A stretch of DNA of 64,000 nt from Fistulifera solaris. Its lineage: Eukaryota. The notes beneath the pieces were generated by a model that did not search any database, was not told the DNA's origin, and was given only the letters and a program-made list of their open reading frames with translations. The position numbers were made by a program, and so were the translations under genes. Positions 26,284-38,955 of the stretch are shown in pieces (the first letter of the stretch is position 1; every line of letters starts with the position of its first letter). The stretch spans positions 1-64,000 of the forward strand of contig AP026146.1 in assembly GCA_030295235.1 (NCBI GenBank), given 5' to 3'.

Positions 26284-27015
26284 TTTTGCAGTGAATTTTT
26301 ACTAATCTTCTTCCTCGTGCTACTACGACCGACGATTCTTCAAACTCCCTCGTATTCGCTCTAATCTATTTGATTCTGATCCAGTTCATTCGCTTTTTAT
26401 TAATATTTAAAGTAATGATTGTTAGTTCGGATGCTTTGCTTTGCCAGAAAATCATAAAAAAAAAGATCTGGCGAGAGCGAACGAAGGGAAAGCCACGTCA
26501 CTTTATCAAGAGGGACGACTCGCAGGTTTCGAGTCAGTCGCCAATCGAAACTTGGGTGCCAAGTGAGGCCGTGTACATTCGAGCTGCGGTGAGGCGGATT
26601 AGGCTGCAATTCGAGCTTTTTAGTGGAGTCCACAAGTTCCTGAAATCATAAAATAAACGTATAATATATTTGATGCGGCCGACCGTGACAGGGAAGAAGG
26701 ACGACAATTCTTCCGAAAATAAACGCTATGGAGTATTTGTCAGTGGGTTCTGACGAAGGATCGTGATGGAAGAGACGAGAGCCAGTACAGGAATATAGAC
26801 ACGTATTAGGTCTTCCATCGCACGAAGAAGGTGTTTTCTTGACAAGAACAAGAAACGATAAGAGCTAATTCGTAAACAAACAAAGATCATTCACATGACA
26901 TCTTTACAACTCCTCGTGTTTAGACTGTGAAGGTCGCCGTTCTATCTTATCATATGTTTATGTTTATAGGCAAATGAAATATATTCGTTTGCTTCCAAAT
27001 GTCACAAATAGTGCT

Positions 27016-27642
27016 TCACATTCTCTGTTGCTGTTGATCTAGCACATCCACCACACTCTTAAAGGCAAACGGCTCATTTGCTGCTAGTTCCGACAAAACC
27101 TTACGATTCAATCCAATCTGATGCTTTCCTAACGACGACATGAATGTCGAATAATTCCAATCATATTGTCGCACGGCCGCATTGAGTCGCAAAATCCATA
27201 AGGATCGCCAACGTCGTTTTTTGACCTTGCGATCACGGTAAGCGTATTGCCACGCTTTATGGACCCGACGAATGGCAATCGAGAAGCAATTTTTGGATTT
27301 ACCGCGGTAGCCTTTGGCGTGTTTTAATAAATTTTTGTGCTGTGGTGGAAGAAAAAAATGGGTGAGAGAAAGAGGAGAGACAGAGACAACTGAAGGTTGT
27401 CATGATTTCTATCAACGTTCTATCAAGATGTTCTCGACGACAAATCCTTCTCCAAATCACATGTAACGCTTGTATTGGCTTACCTTTTTACTGGCAAGAG
27501 TACGAATTTGCCCGGCTGCGGCCGTGAGAGGAGACGCGGGAAGGAACCCCGTGAGAGGTGTCAAAGGAATACTTCTCGTCGGCGCTCGCAACGAAGAAGA
27601 TGCCACATTCCAACAGCGTTGCGTCAGATATCGCAAGGACAT
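27016..27642 (-). CDS. rplT: Mitochondrial ribosomal protein bL20; exons 27484-27642 and 27016-27339
   Basis: Spliced product ..LASKK|HKNLLKHAKGYRGK..AWQYAYRDRKVKKR..LWILRLNAA..LNRKVLSELAANEPFAFKS; GTAAGC..CAG intron; Arg/Ser-rich presequence; exon 2 absent from the ORF track. Confidence 0.95.
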
Positions 27643-28392
27643 GTTAATTGTTGTAGAATTGAATTATGAGCGACGGAATGAAGAATACGAATGAATAATC
27701 GAAGATCAAACCAACATTCATCAACAACAGATTGTTTTTCGCGACGAGACGATGCATGAAGCGATTGCCGACCGACCGCATAATTAAAAATACATGTATA
27801 CGATTCCGCATTCCAGATTCCTTTTCACCTCTCTTCACAACCGCCAAAGGACATGGATGATAGATGATGCATTTTACGCATCAAACGTCCCTGCTATATC
27901 ATTGGTCACAATATATCCGGAATACTTTTCACTTAGATTAGTATCTTGATCGAGAACGGTCCCTCTCTAGCCAGAGCGTAGAATGAAATATTGCATTGCA
28001 TTGCAACAAATAATGCAATCGACATTTGACGGGACTCAGAGACCGAAATTCGTTGGGGTCGTCCGACTGTCGTGAAAATTGTGGCCGTTCGTGACGCAGG
28101 ATGCGTGACTTATAACTTTTCCTATCCAACGGACGGTTCGCGGAAAATAGACGGTGCACCAGACTGTGGCATTTTCAGAGACAATAGGCGCAGACTTTTT
28201 CACCTACACGATTGTATCGACCAATTTTCTGGCCTCATACGTGTTCTTGTTTCGTGTTATGCATTGTCTCATTCGTTTGGGACTCTTGTTTCCCATCCTT
28301 TCTTGATCGACACTTTTTTGAAATGCTTTCTTTCTCGCACAGGACCAAACAACCAGCAGGCCCAGCAATTTCAATCAACACTTTATTCAACA

Positions 28393-28866
28393 ATGATCCG
28401 GAATTTTCTAATCGTTCTCTTGTCTCTCATGGCCGCCTCGGCCCAAGAACTGTCCTTTTCCTTTTCTCCCGAAGGACACCAAAGCAGCAGTAGTGGCAGC
28501 AGTGCGGGTGGCGACTCTTGTGGCCTCTGCAGTGGCAGCAATTTGAGTGCGTGCACCAGTTGGGTTACGTCCCTCGATTACACCAATTATAGCGTTCGCA
28601 ATTTGTTTTGTGGGTGCACCGACCGCATTACCGGTGACAGTCAATGCTTCCGTTTCATGGATCGTGGACTGTCGGAATTGGAGAGTTTCGCCAAGAATGA
28701 ATGTGGTGTTCATTTGCGATGCGAGATCTTGGATTACGATGCTGAGCCAGACTCACACGTGTGCGATGAACAGTGTGCCGTTGTATTCATGGGTTGTTTT
28801 GCCAAGTGCTCAACGACCTGTGCGTACTTGTATTCTTGTCAAGCGATTGCGCCGGTGGGGAAGTAA
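28393..28866 (+). CDS. Small secreted Cys-rich protein, unknown family
   Basis: Signal peptide MIRNFLIVLLSLMAASA, Ser-rich linker, Cys-rich domain shared with 31448-32221. Confidence 0.8.
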   Translation: MIRNFLIVLLSLMAASAQELSFSFSPEGHQSSSSGSSAGGDSCGLCSGSNLSACTSWVTSLDYTNYSVRNLFCGCTDRITGDSQCFRFMDRGLSELESFAKNECGVHLRCEILDYDAEPDSHVCDEQCAVVFMGCFAKCSTTCAYLYSCQAIAPVGK

Positions 28867-29670
28867 ACCTGGAACAACATAAACAAAATATGTAATAGTA
28901 TATACTACTTATGATTAAGGATGCTGAGACTTTTTAGTTGCATTATTGTTTGCATTCATTTACTTCAATGCACCACCAAAGACCTCGCGCAAAGCGCAGC
29001 AGCAGGTTGATACTCACCTCTGTATCGGGCCGAATACATTGCTCTGGAGTTATCATTTCTGTGACGGGATGGTAGCATGGATAGAAACAGATGCAATTAG
29101 CGAGCATTTTCTTCGACACGAAGTTTTCCTCCGTTTGTTTGATCTACGGTCGAGTAATATTGCCCTCTGTCAAGCTTCAATTATGTGAAGCAGCAGCATT
29201 TGCAATGTGCGTCGTATCCATTACTTAGGGCGAAACGGCAGATAGATGGTTCCCCCCACTTCCGATTTGCACCTATATCAAGTTGACTATAGACCTAATG
29301 GGCATTCGACTTTCTTATGACTGCATTTCAGTCACGAAATTGGATTTCTCACCTCTACTGAATGCTATAGTCTGTGGTAGAAGTCCCTGTACGACTTTCA
29401 GCGATGCTGCGGCAACGCGAAGCCATAAACACGCACGAAGCGAAGCAACCGCGTCCATCCGCATAGAGCGGACCTCGATTTTTGTCGTTTTGTTGTTTTG
29501 ACAGGAAAGTGTCGGCGGTGGTCGGTAAATGTTATATTGTATGCTCAATCCTAACATAACAGAGTCTTGAAAGCATCACATTCTTTACAAAGTTGCTCTT
29601 TTTTTTGCTTCTCGTTTCTATGCACTAAAAGCGAGAGGAATAGACACACATTAAGTCACATACACATAAA

Positions 29671-31107
29671 ATGATTTGGTTGCGAAACGCGATGCCTGTA
29701 TGCTGGAGCCGACGCTGCTCGTCGGGTGTTTCGACCACGGCCACTCGCACTCTTGTCGTTAGCAACAGTTGTCACAGTAGCTTACGTTCGGATGTAGAAA
29801 TGATTGCTGCAAATCATCGGATAGGAGCGGCACCTTCGGTTGTGTCGATGGCAAGAAACTCTTCGCATTCTTACAATCTACACGCACAACAGCGTTACTT
29901 TGCTGCTTCCACGGCTCCTACAACAACAACAACAACAACCACCACCACCAATGAGTCGGAAATGAAAGACGAATACGGCGCCATGGATGATTCCGGAAAA
30001 ACGTTTGTTTACCAAAATTTCGTCTTGGAAAATGGACAAGTGCTGCCGGAAGCTCAATTGCGTTATCAAACGTACGGCACTCTCAATGCTACCAAGGACA
30101 ATGTCTTGGTAGTGTGTCATGCCTTGACGGGAAACGCCAGCTTACACGCGTGGTGGGGCGATTTGCTGGGGGATCAACTGGCGTTTGATACGTCGCAGTA
30201 TTTTGTCGTCTGTTGCAACCTGTTGGGGTCCTGTTACGGCAGTACCAACCCGACTTCCCTCAATCCGCTCACGGGAAAGGCGTACGGCAAAGACTTTCCC
30301 GATGTCAGTGTTCGTGATTCGGTCCGTTTGCAGTTGTTGTTGTTGCAGCAAGAACTGCAGTTGCATTCTGTGAAGGCAGTGATTGGTGGGAGTTTTGGGG
30401 GCATGCAAACATTAGAATTTGCCGTACAAGCGGGGTCGTCGGCGAATGAACTGGAAGAGGATGATGCGCCCGCATATTTGCAAGACAATTTCTATGACGC
30501 CGAGGGCAACCCCTTTGTCCGCAGCGTCATCCCCATTGCGTGTGGAGCACAGCACACGGCGTGGCAAATTGCCATTTCTGAAGTGCAGCGCCAAGCGATT
30601 CAAAAAGATCCGCATTGGGAGAACGAACCCGAAAAAGCCACGGCCGGTTTGGAAATTGCGCGGCAATTGGGGATGGTCACGTACCGTACCCCGAAAGGCT
30701 ATCAAACCAAATTTGGACGCGACTTGATGGATGCCACTTCGCCGGCGTACGGCACCCAAGCGCGTTGGCAAGTGCAAAGTTATCTGGAATACCAAGGCCA
30801 AAAATTTTTAAGTCGCTTTGATCCCATTACGTACGTGAAACTCACGGAACAAATGGACAGTCATGATTTGGCCCGCGGGCGTGGAGACAGTCTGGAAGAG
30901 GTTTTGCGGCGTGTCACGATTCCAGCGTTGGTGCTAGGCATTGATAGCGATGTCTTGTATCCACTCACGGAACAAGAAGAATTAGCGGAGTTGTTGCCGA
31001 GAGGTGCCTTGAAAGTCATTCATTCAGAAGATGGACATGATGGCTTTTTGTTGGAACAAGATCAGGTCGGACAGCATATCATTGATTTTTTACAGCTTCG
31101 CGAGTAA
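29671..31107 (+). CDS. metX: Homoserine O-acetyltransferase (MetX/MET2 family), with transit-peptide-like N-terminus
   Basis: VVCHALTG, GGSFGG nucleophile elbow, SYLEYQG.KF..RFD, SDVLYP, GHDGFLLE. Confidence 0.93.
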   Translation: MIWLRNAMPVCWSRRCSSGVSTTATRTLVVSNSCHSSLRSDVEMIAANHRIGAAPSVVSMARNSSHSYNLHAQQRYFAASTAPTTTTTTTTTTNESEMKDEYGAMDDSGKTFVYQNFVLENGQVLPEAQLRYQTYGTLNATKDNVLVVCHALTGNASLHAWWGDLLGDQLAFDTSQYFVVCCNLLGSCYGSTNPTSLNPLTGKAYGKDFPDVSVRDSVRLQLLLLQQELQLHSVKAVIGGSFGGMQTLEFAVQAGSSANELEEDDAPAYLQDNFYDAEGNPFVRSVIPIACGAQHTAWQIAISEVQRQAIQKDPHWENEPEKATAGLEIARQLGMVTYRTPKGYQTKFGRDLMDATSPAYGTQARWQVQSYLEYQGQKFLSRFDPITYVKLTEQMDSHDLARGRGDSLEEVLRRVTIPALVLGIDSDVLYPLTEQEELAELLPRGALKVIHSEDGHDGFLLEQDQVGQHIIDFLQLRE

Positions 31108-31447
31108 GAAGGAAGAGAAGGGACTAGTTTCTCAAATTAATTTAAAAAGCAATGGCAGGAGAAGAATGGCGAAAAATCAATTTATATGCTTGACAAATCT
31201 TCTCAGCGTATTTATACCTATAGTAGATATCGTCATAGGGAGCGACTCATTGCATTTTATCATGTAATCGTATTTGCGCAGGCACGTCGAAGTGAAAAGT
31301 TGCAGCAGTAAGCAATGAGAAGATGATTGTGTTGAAAACAATAATATCTATCTACAGTTATAATAGTCTCTATGCACCCACATGCAACATCAGCTGGAGC
31401 TGTAATGGGGTCACGAATTTCGGCGAAGTTGGACACCCGCGCTTGAC

Positions 31448-32221
31448 TTAAACTGTCTTGATAACCGTGCAAGCAATATTGTAGGCGCAAGAGGTACTGC
31501 AGCGAGCGAAGCAACCAAAGCCCACCGGACAAATCCCGGTGCACGAATGTGAACCAGGTTCCGGGTCGAAATCAACGACATCGCAACGAAGATGCACTCC
31601 GCATTCATTGACAGCGAACTCTTCTACGCCGGCAATACCGTCGTCCGCGAATCGAAGGCACTGACTTTCGGGAGTAATGCGGTTGGCGCACCCACAAATG
31701 AAGTTAAAGACGCGGTAGTCGCTGAACGTGGGAGAGTAAATCCACGAAACGCAATCTCCGGGAGTTTCCGCACTGCAGGTTCCGCAGGTCAAGCCACTGC
31801 TGCCGCCATTGTCTTTGCTATCCTTGGCGTCATCCTTATCGTCATTGTGATGGCTGGTAGTCATGTCCTTGGACGGCTTGCTGTCTGTGGTAGCATCGCT
31901 GGTGGAGTCCTTGTCACTCACGTCTTCAACGGGAACACTGACATCCGGAACCTCGACATCCTCATCGGCAAGGTCAACAGGAGGTTCTGTTTCTGTTGGG
32001 CTGCTAGTTTCCGAGGGACTTCCGGTTTCCGTCGGATAACCCGTCATCGGGTCGGACAAAGCGAGATCCAAGCCCGAAATATCAGTGGCCAGATCGGAAG
32101 GAGGAATTGTAAGCGAGTCGACGGTAATGTCGTCTTTGCTGCCGGTGCCAGCTTCCGAAAACGAGTCTTGAGCATGAGTAGCTCCAAAAATGGAGATTAT
32201 TGCGATTAGCTTAATTATCAT
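31448..32221 (-). CDS. Secreted protein: acidic Asp/Ser/Thr/Pro stalk plus Cys-rich domain, paralog of 28393-28866
   Basis: Shared CGC..RIT..SQC.RF.D.G...E.FA.NECGVHLRC...D.D.EP.SH.C...C...GCFA.CST.CAY. Confidence 0.82.
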   Translation of the reverse strand: MIIKLIAIISIFGATHAQDSFSEAGTGSKDDITVDSLTIPPSDLATDISGLDLALSDPMTGYPTETGSPSETSSPTETEPPVDLADEDVEVPDVSVPVEDVSDKDSTSDATTDSKPSKDMTTSHHNDDKDDAKDSKDNGGSSGLTCGTCSAETPGDCVSWIYSPTFSDYRVFNFICGCANRITPESQCLRFADDGIAGVEEFAVNECGVHLRCDVVDFDPEPGSHSCTGICPVGFGCFARCSTSCAYNIACTVIKTV

Positions 32222-32649
32222 TGTGAAAGAAAGAGGAATGTTTACTAGTAACTGCAATGCTTTTTTTTTTAAGAAAAAGTGTGCGAAAAAAGTGCGAGGC
32301 GAGCAACGGTTGAGACTTTATGGTGGGAACACTCAACGGCAGATGATTCTCGTAGTATAGCATTTAGGGTACAGAAACAAGGTTCACGAAAAGACGTCGG
32401 TACTGCGATTCGCAGAGAGTGACCGTTGATGATTCGCTACTTCGCAACGGTCAATACAATTCAGTAGGGTGGCGGCTTCGCACGCGGTTTTCAACAGGCA
32501 GAAGAGGGCGTTTGACTTCGGATGATCCTCGTAACGGTACCCATTAGGCTAAAACCAAACGATGCAAAAAAACATACCGCGATCAAGACCGCGATGTCAT
32601 TTTTATGATTCAAGTCGAATGCGTTTCACTTCCAGAGCTAATGAACACA

Positions 32650-35578
32650 CTATGATAGTCCACCCTTCACAATTTCGTTTGCCTTTTCTACCAATTCCCT
32701 TAACGTCTCATTTAGACGCTGAAGCTTACGATTTCTATCCGTCTGCTCCATGGCTTCTTCCTGCAAGCTTTCCAAAGACATGCGCTCTCGTTCCCGCTTC
32801 CTTCGAGAAAGAATGATGGTCATTCGGCGCTTCCTCTCGACCTTTTCTGAGTCTTCCTCTTGCAAAAGAAGCTTATTGCGAGGAATCAGGTATCTAGCTG
32901 AAAGTTCTTCTTCCCTGCTATTCGTGAACAGACCCCATTCGTATCGGACTCGCAGCTCTTGCCACTTCACAAAATCGTCGAAACCTAGTAGACCAAACAA
33001 TGCCTTGGGTAAGCTTTCTCTTGAATAGCCATAGTCTAAGAGATTTTGCAATAAATCTTCTCTCGAAGTACCGACATGGGTTTCCACAGCAGGCGCACCC
33101 AAGACTTGTTGAAAATCCAATACCCTCTTTGTCTTGTTCAGTCTAGCCTCCATCGAGCTTTCAACTAAAACGTCCGCTGGGCATAGGTCCAAACCCAGAA
33201 TGTGAACTTCATGAACGCGAACAGGCATTACAGGCAGTATCGTATCTACAAAGTGCTCTTTGAAAACGCGGTCGAAGCTTGGGTCTGACCAAAAGTATAA
33301 CAAATTGAACCCTTTCATTTGAGATATAACGTTCTCGGACATGATGGAAAGCATGTAAAATTTGCATCGGGCTCGCGATGAGCTAAACGTGGACTTTTGT
33401 AACTTTGTACCATCACAGTACAGTACGCTTTGCCCGCTCTCGACACATGGCAACTGCATAAGGTAGCCGGTCTGTAGAACAGTAACATCTTTTCGCTCGA
33501 CAGCGCCCTCAAAAGTTTGGTTAAGTGGAAGAAAGGCGCGATCGCCAAACAAGTCCTTTCGTACTTCCCAGTACTTTGCGTACATATTGGCAGCCTTTGT
33601 AGCGTTGCAGTTTGTAAATCGTAAAAATCTTTCCCAAAGACTTTCCTGCTCAGACAGCTCCGGAGCTTTATCTAGCGCTTCTAGATAAGCAGCTTTGTTT
33701 CCATTGGGAATCAGTGCCAATGCAGTTCGCATGGCTTTGATTGCCGATGATGCCACTTCATTTGTGACCGAAACTTCACCATGGTTTTCCTCCAGTCTCT
33801 GACACAAAAGGAACTCCATAGGCCCATCCTGTCCACCTGCTTTCTTCGGAAGACCTTCACTGGTCACGCCCAAAGCCTCAAACTTTTGATGCATCTCCTC
33901 TTGGGCCTCGACACCGACCGAAAAATGTATATTCTGATCTTCACCGAACAAAGTTGTAAACATCCGGACGAGAAATTTACAGCAGAATTCAGTGAATACG
34001 CTCCATCCGGATGGACAAGAGATGATCTGAGTAGTAGTGGGTCTAACTGGAAAGCTTGCTTTAAAAATCTCTCCGGCTTGTACTACGTTTGCTCTCCATC
34101 TTGAATCGATGATGGGAATCTCGATGTGAGAGACCATTGGTATCCCAATAAACTCACCACGAATCGACTTAGGATTTTTAACACTTTCGACGCAACATAA
34201 TACAGCACTTTGACACGCATTTTGAGATCCACTTCGGGATCAGAACTCATCTTCAAGAGAGGTTCTCCACACCAGACCGAGCGACCACAATTACCATTCC
34301 GCAGCAGAAACTGCGATCCTAGTTCCAACGCCATTTCCCCATCAGGGCCCATAGCTCCATTGATCGTCATTGGTAGGAAGGCTCGGTCTCCAAACATATC
34401 AACACGGTACTTCCAATAATTGCAAAGTCGAATAGCCTAAGAACAAAGTGGGCATGGGGCATGAGAGGATTTCATTTTCCATACAACGCGCCAATGCCAA
34501 TGCAACGTACCGCAGCCGCATAATTAAAATCATCAAACTCCAGAAATCTTAATGGTGGTGACTCTGCTTCCACCAAGTCAGGAGTGCGCTGAATGGCTTC
34601 GATGTAGGCAGTTTTATCGCTTTCGGGAAGGAGATCAATGGCTCCGTGAAGACATTCTAAGTTGAAAAGCGTGGCATCCGATTTATGATCCATAATCAAT
34701 GAAGTCAAAGCGTTTGCTGCAACAAATCCAAATTGTGCTAAAAAGCGAGGGTATTCGACACTGGACTGGTAGTTACCCCCCTAGCGTAGGAGGCAAGGCA
34801 TTGGGAAGTATACCGTGTGGTATCAATTTCACCAAGGCTTGCGCCGGAGTCTCGCAGTGGTGCACCACAAAATGACAAGGAATAAATTGCCACGTACGGA
34901 AAAGAGATAAGCATTCTCTACAAACCCTAAATGAGCGTCAGCATCCAATACCAGGTGAATTGCTTTGAGATGAGCCGGAAAAGCTTTCGAGCTAAGCTCC
35001 ATGGTCTTCGAAGCGACCCTATTCTCGGTCCGTTTTGAGGTTCTAAAGTGAATCACGACCTGATAGCCTTTTCCATGCAAAGCGTTGACTCGATGTCGCG
35101 ATAGAAGCTGAAGAATGAAAAAGTAGCGGCGAATGGTCGACTCGATCGAAAATTCGATTTTGTCGGGCTCTAAACTGCGATCAACAACCACCGTATCTTC
35201 CGCGGTAAGCTGAAAGCTTCCCGTTGAAAATAGCATTAAATCTTCTCCTGCGAGAGCGCCATTCCCGCTCAAGTCTAGAACAGGGAGAAAGGCCCTTTCA
35301 CCAAATAGTTCCCTGCGCTTTTCCCAGTAGGTGATTATACGCGTTGCGGCATTCCAGCTGTTGAAATCCGCAAAGACGAGAAATTGCATCGGATCTGACT
35401 CGGTCTGGACGAGTTGAGGGCATCTTACGAGTGCTTCTCGATACGCCGACTGCTGTTGAAGAGGTATTTGAGCAAGGGAATCGTGAAGTTGTTCGAGGGC
35501 GCGGCGATGCCATATCAAATTGGAAGCAGCTGCTTCGGCTTCCGTCGCGGCGAGTACTTGCGAATAATCAAGCATCAT
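32650..35578 (-). CDS. Three CRAL-TRIO/Sec14-like repeats plus C-terminal bZIP-like domain (copy 1); intron 34437-34510; frameshifts
   Basis: Three copies of AY.EA....P.LV..ES....FL.......AA.....YW..R...FG.RAFLP; C-terminal KVERKRRMTIILSRRKRERE followed by Leu heptads. Confidence 0.75.
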
Positions 35579-35975
35579 CTTTTGATTGCTTTTAAAATCT
35601 TCTAGAGCGCTGGCTCGCAAAATACAAGGTCGCAATTCCTTAACAACGCAAAAGAAAGGTGCAAAACACACGAACGCGTGATGTTTCGTGCTTCCGGCCT
35701 TGTGCGGCGCAAGGGGAGTCAGTCACGTTTGATTGGGTCCCGACTATGAGCTGATAATACTCAGCGAGTTTTTAATACTGGGTACTATCTCGTTATTTGT
35801 TACTAAAGCTAAAAAGAAACTATCTCAGGGAAATATATAAAATCGACTAAAAGGTGGTTAAAGCGACAAGGAAGAGAAAACAAAAAAGCATCGCAAACTA
35901 TGATTCCCGTACTTTGTAATTCACTAATTATTACGATTCTAATCCTATGGTAGACCATAGTGTTGATCCCTTCTA

Positions 35976-38955
35976 TTACAACGGTGTGTTTTTGATAAGA
36001 TCATTCGCCTTTTCCAACAGATTCTGTAGTACTTCATTCTGACGCTGAAGCTTACGATTTCTATCCGTCTGCTCCATGGCTTCTTCCTGCAAGCTTTCCA
36101 AAGACATGCGCTCTCGTTCCCGCTTCCTTCGAGAAAGAATGATGGTCATTCGGCGCTTCCTCTCGACCTTTTCTGAGTCTTCTTCGTGCAAAAGAAGCTT
36201 GTTCCGTGGAATCAGGTATTTAGAAGATTGCTCTTGTTCCCTGCTGTTTGTAAATAGACCCCATTCATACCGAACACGTAGCTCTTGCCACTTAACAAAG
36301 TCATCAAAACTGAGTTCGCCGAACACGGTCTTGGGTAGACCCTCCTTTGAATACCCGTGGCTCACCAGCCGTCTTAAGAGATCTTCTCTCGAAGTACCTA
36401 TATGTGCATCGACTGAGCACAAACCTACAGAACGCTGAAAATCCAAAATATGCATCGTCTCCTTCAACCTAGCCTCCACCGAATGGCCATCATCATGGCT
36501 CGCGTCCCTTGAGTTCATATTAAGTGCCAAGACATGGACGTGGTTGACGCGAATTGGCATTACCGGTAAAATTGTTTCGAAAAAGTGATCTTTGAACACA
36601 CGATCAAAACTAGGATCGGACAAGAAGTACAACAGATTGAACCCTCTCGTCTGCGACAAAGGATTCTCGGCCATGATCGAGAGCATGTAGAATTTACATC
36701 GAGCTCGTGATAAGCTCGATGACGACCTTTGCAGCTTCGTACCGTCGACGTAAAGAACACTCTCTCCACTTTCGACACACGGCAACTGCATAAAGTATCC
36801 GGTTTGCAAAACAGCAACATCTTTGCGCTCAAGAACACCTTCGAAGGTTTGATTAAGAGGAAGGACGGCGCGATCACCAAACAGTTCCTTTCGAACTTCC
36901 CAATAATTTGCGTACATGGTGGCGGCTTTCGTAGCGTCACAGTCTGTAAATCGTAGAAAGCATTCCCAAACACTCTCTTGGTCAGCAATGTTGGGGCATT
37001 TGTTGGCTGCTTCTAGATAAGCTACCTTGCTTCCATCTTGGATACAAGAAAGGGCAGTGCGCATGGCTTTAATTGCTGACTTGTTCACTTCTGTTGCGAC
37101 TGAGCTTATATTCCGGTTTTCCTCTCGCTGTTGGCGAGAGAGGAATTCCGCAGGTCCTTGCTGTCCTCCTACTTTTTTAGGTAGACCTTCCTTCGTGATG
37201 CCTATCGCTTCAAACTTTTCTTGCAGCTGTTTTAGCGATTGAGAATCGGAATAAACATGGATATTCACAGGGTCGCCGAGCAAACTTGAATACAATCGAA
37301 GGAATATACTGATGACAATGTTTGATAGGGGGCCCCCAGACGATTTGTAGATCACTTGTGTACCTGCTGGTCGAATAGGGAAGCATTCCTTAAACATTTT
37401 CCCTGACCGAATAAGATTTGCTATCCACCTTGGATCTATTAGAGGGATTTCAATCTCGCTGATCAACGGTATCCCTATCACTCCGTTACGAACAGAGTTT
37501 GGATTCTTGAATATTTTGGAGGCAATGTAAAAGTACATCTTCGCACGCATATTGTAATCCACTTCGGGATCGGAGTCCATTTTCAAAAATGATTCGGCAC
37601 ACCAGACCGTGCGACCGTATTTATCATTTTGTAGCAAGTAATGTACTCCCACCCCCGCAGCCTTTTCACCATCTGGACCCATTGCTCCCTTAAGTGTCAA
37701 CGGTAGCAGGGCACGATCACCGAACACGTGGAAACGGTGTTTCCAGTAATTGCAGAGACGTGTCGCCTTAAACACCGTCATAGACATGAGATACACTAAA
37801 GCAAGCTGTAGAACAAAAGTTGCAATGACAACGTACCGCAGCCCAAGCGTCACAATCACTAAATTCCATAAACAACGTAGGAGGCGACTCGTCTTCCACT
37901 AAATCCGGCACTCGTTGCATTGCTAGGAGATAAGCAGATTTATCAGTGTCGGGAAGCAGATTCATGGCTTCTTTAAACGATTCCATATGACGAGCACTGA
38001 CTCCTCCCGCGAAGTCGTGATCCGAATGTGTGCTCGAGGTTAGCGAAATGCTGGATGCGTCGCACATCACCGAGCTCTCATTTCCCGATCGCGAAGTAAA
38101 CCCAAGCTTGATGAGGAATCGGACAAAATCGACTCCGAGATTGTACGTCCCGCCCAGGGAAAGAGGCAGCGCACTTGGCAGTAAACCATGGGGTACGAGC
38201 TTCATCAAGGCTAGCTCCGGTGTCTCACAGTGATGTAAAAATAAATTACAGGACGACATGCCCCATAACTTACACAGGAGCGACACGGCATTTTGTATGA
38301 AACCCAGCTGAAAGTCAGCCGCAAACACCATATGAACCGCTTTGATGCGAATGGGGAAGGCCGTGGTGCAAATTTCGGACGATTTGGCGGCCACACGTTG
38401 ATCCATCAACTTGAAACGTTTATACCGCACTACGAATTTACAGCCCTGCATCGCGACCACTTGATGTTGGGCTAAGAGCTGATACAGGAATACATTGCGG
38501 CGTATTTGCGACTCGATGGAGAGTTCGGCACATTCGGGCTCCAAGCTGCGATCGACGACTACCGTATCTTCTGCCGTGAGGAGAAAACTTCCCGTTACGA
38601 TGAGCTGCACATCCTCCGCAGTCAGAGCGCCATTTCCGCTCAAATCCAATAGAGGAAGAAAGGCTCGCTCGCCAAAGACTTCCCTCCGCTTTTCCCAATA
38701 CGTTACTAAGCGTTCGGCGGCACTCCAGAAGTTAAAATTTGCAAAATGAAGAAATTGCATCGGGTCGGATTCGGTCTCGACGAGTTGCGGGCATCGTACG
38801 AGAGCTTCTCGATACGCCGACTGCTTTTGAAGAGGTATTAGTGTGAGAGAGTCACGAAGTTGTTCGAGAGCTCGACGCTGAAAAAAGAAACTTGAAATAG
38901 CCGCTTTGACATCATCTTGCGAAGACTGTTGATTTTGCGTTGCGGCATAAAACAT
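35976..38955 (-). CDS. Three CRAL-TRIO/Sec14-like repeats plus bZIP-like domain (copy 2); intron 37767-37836
   Basis: ORFs 37768-38994 and 35976-37859 join through a GTACGT..AAG intron at the same position as in copy 1. Confidence 0.8.

Noticed and set aside
31592..32209. 205-aa plus-strand ORF
   Set aside because: Antisense shadow of the Cys-rich secreted gene
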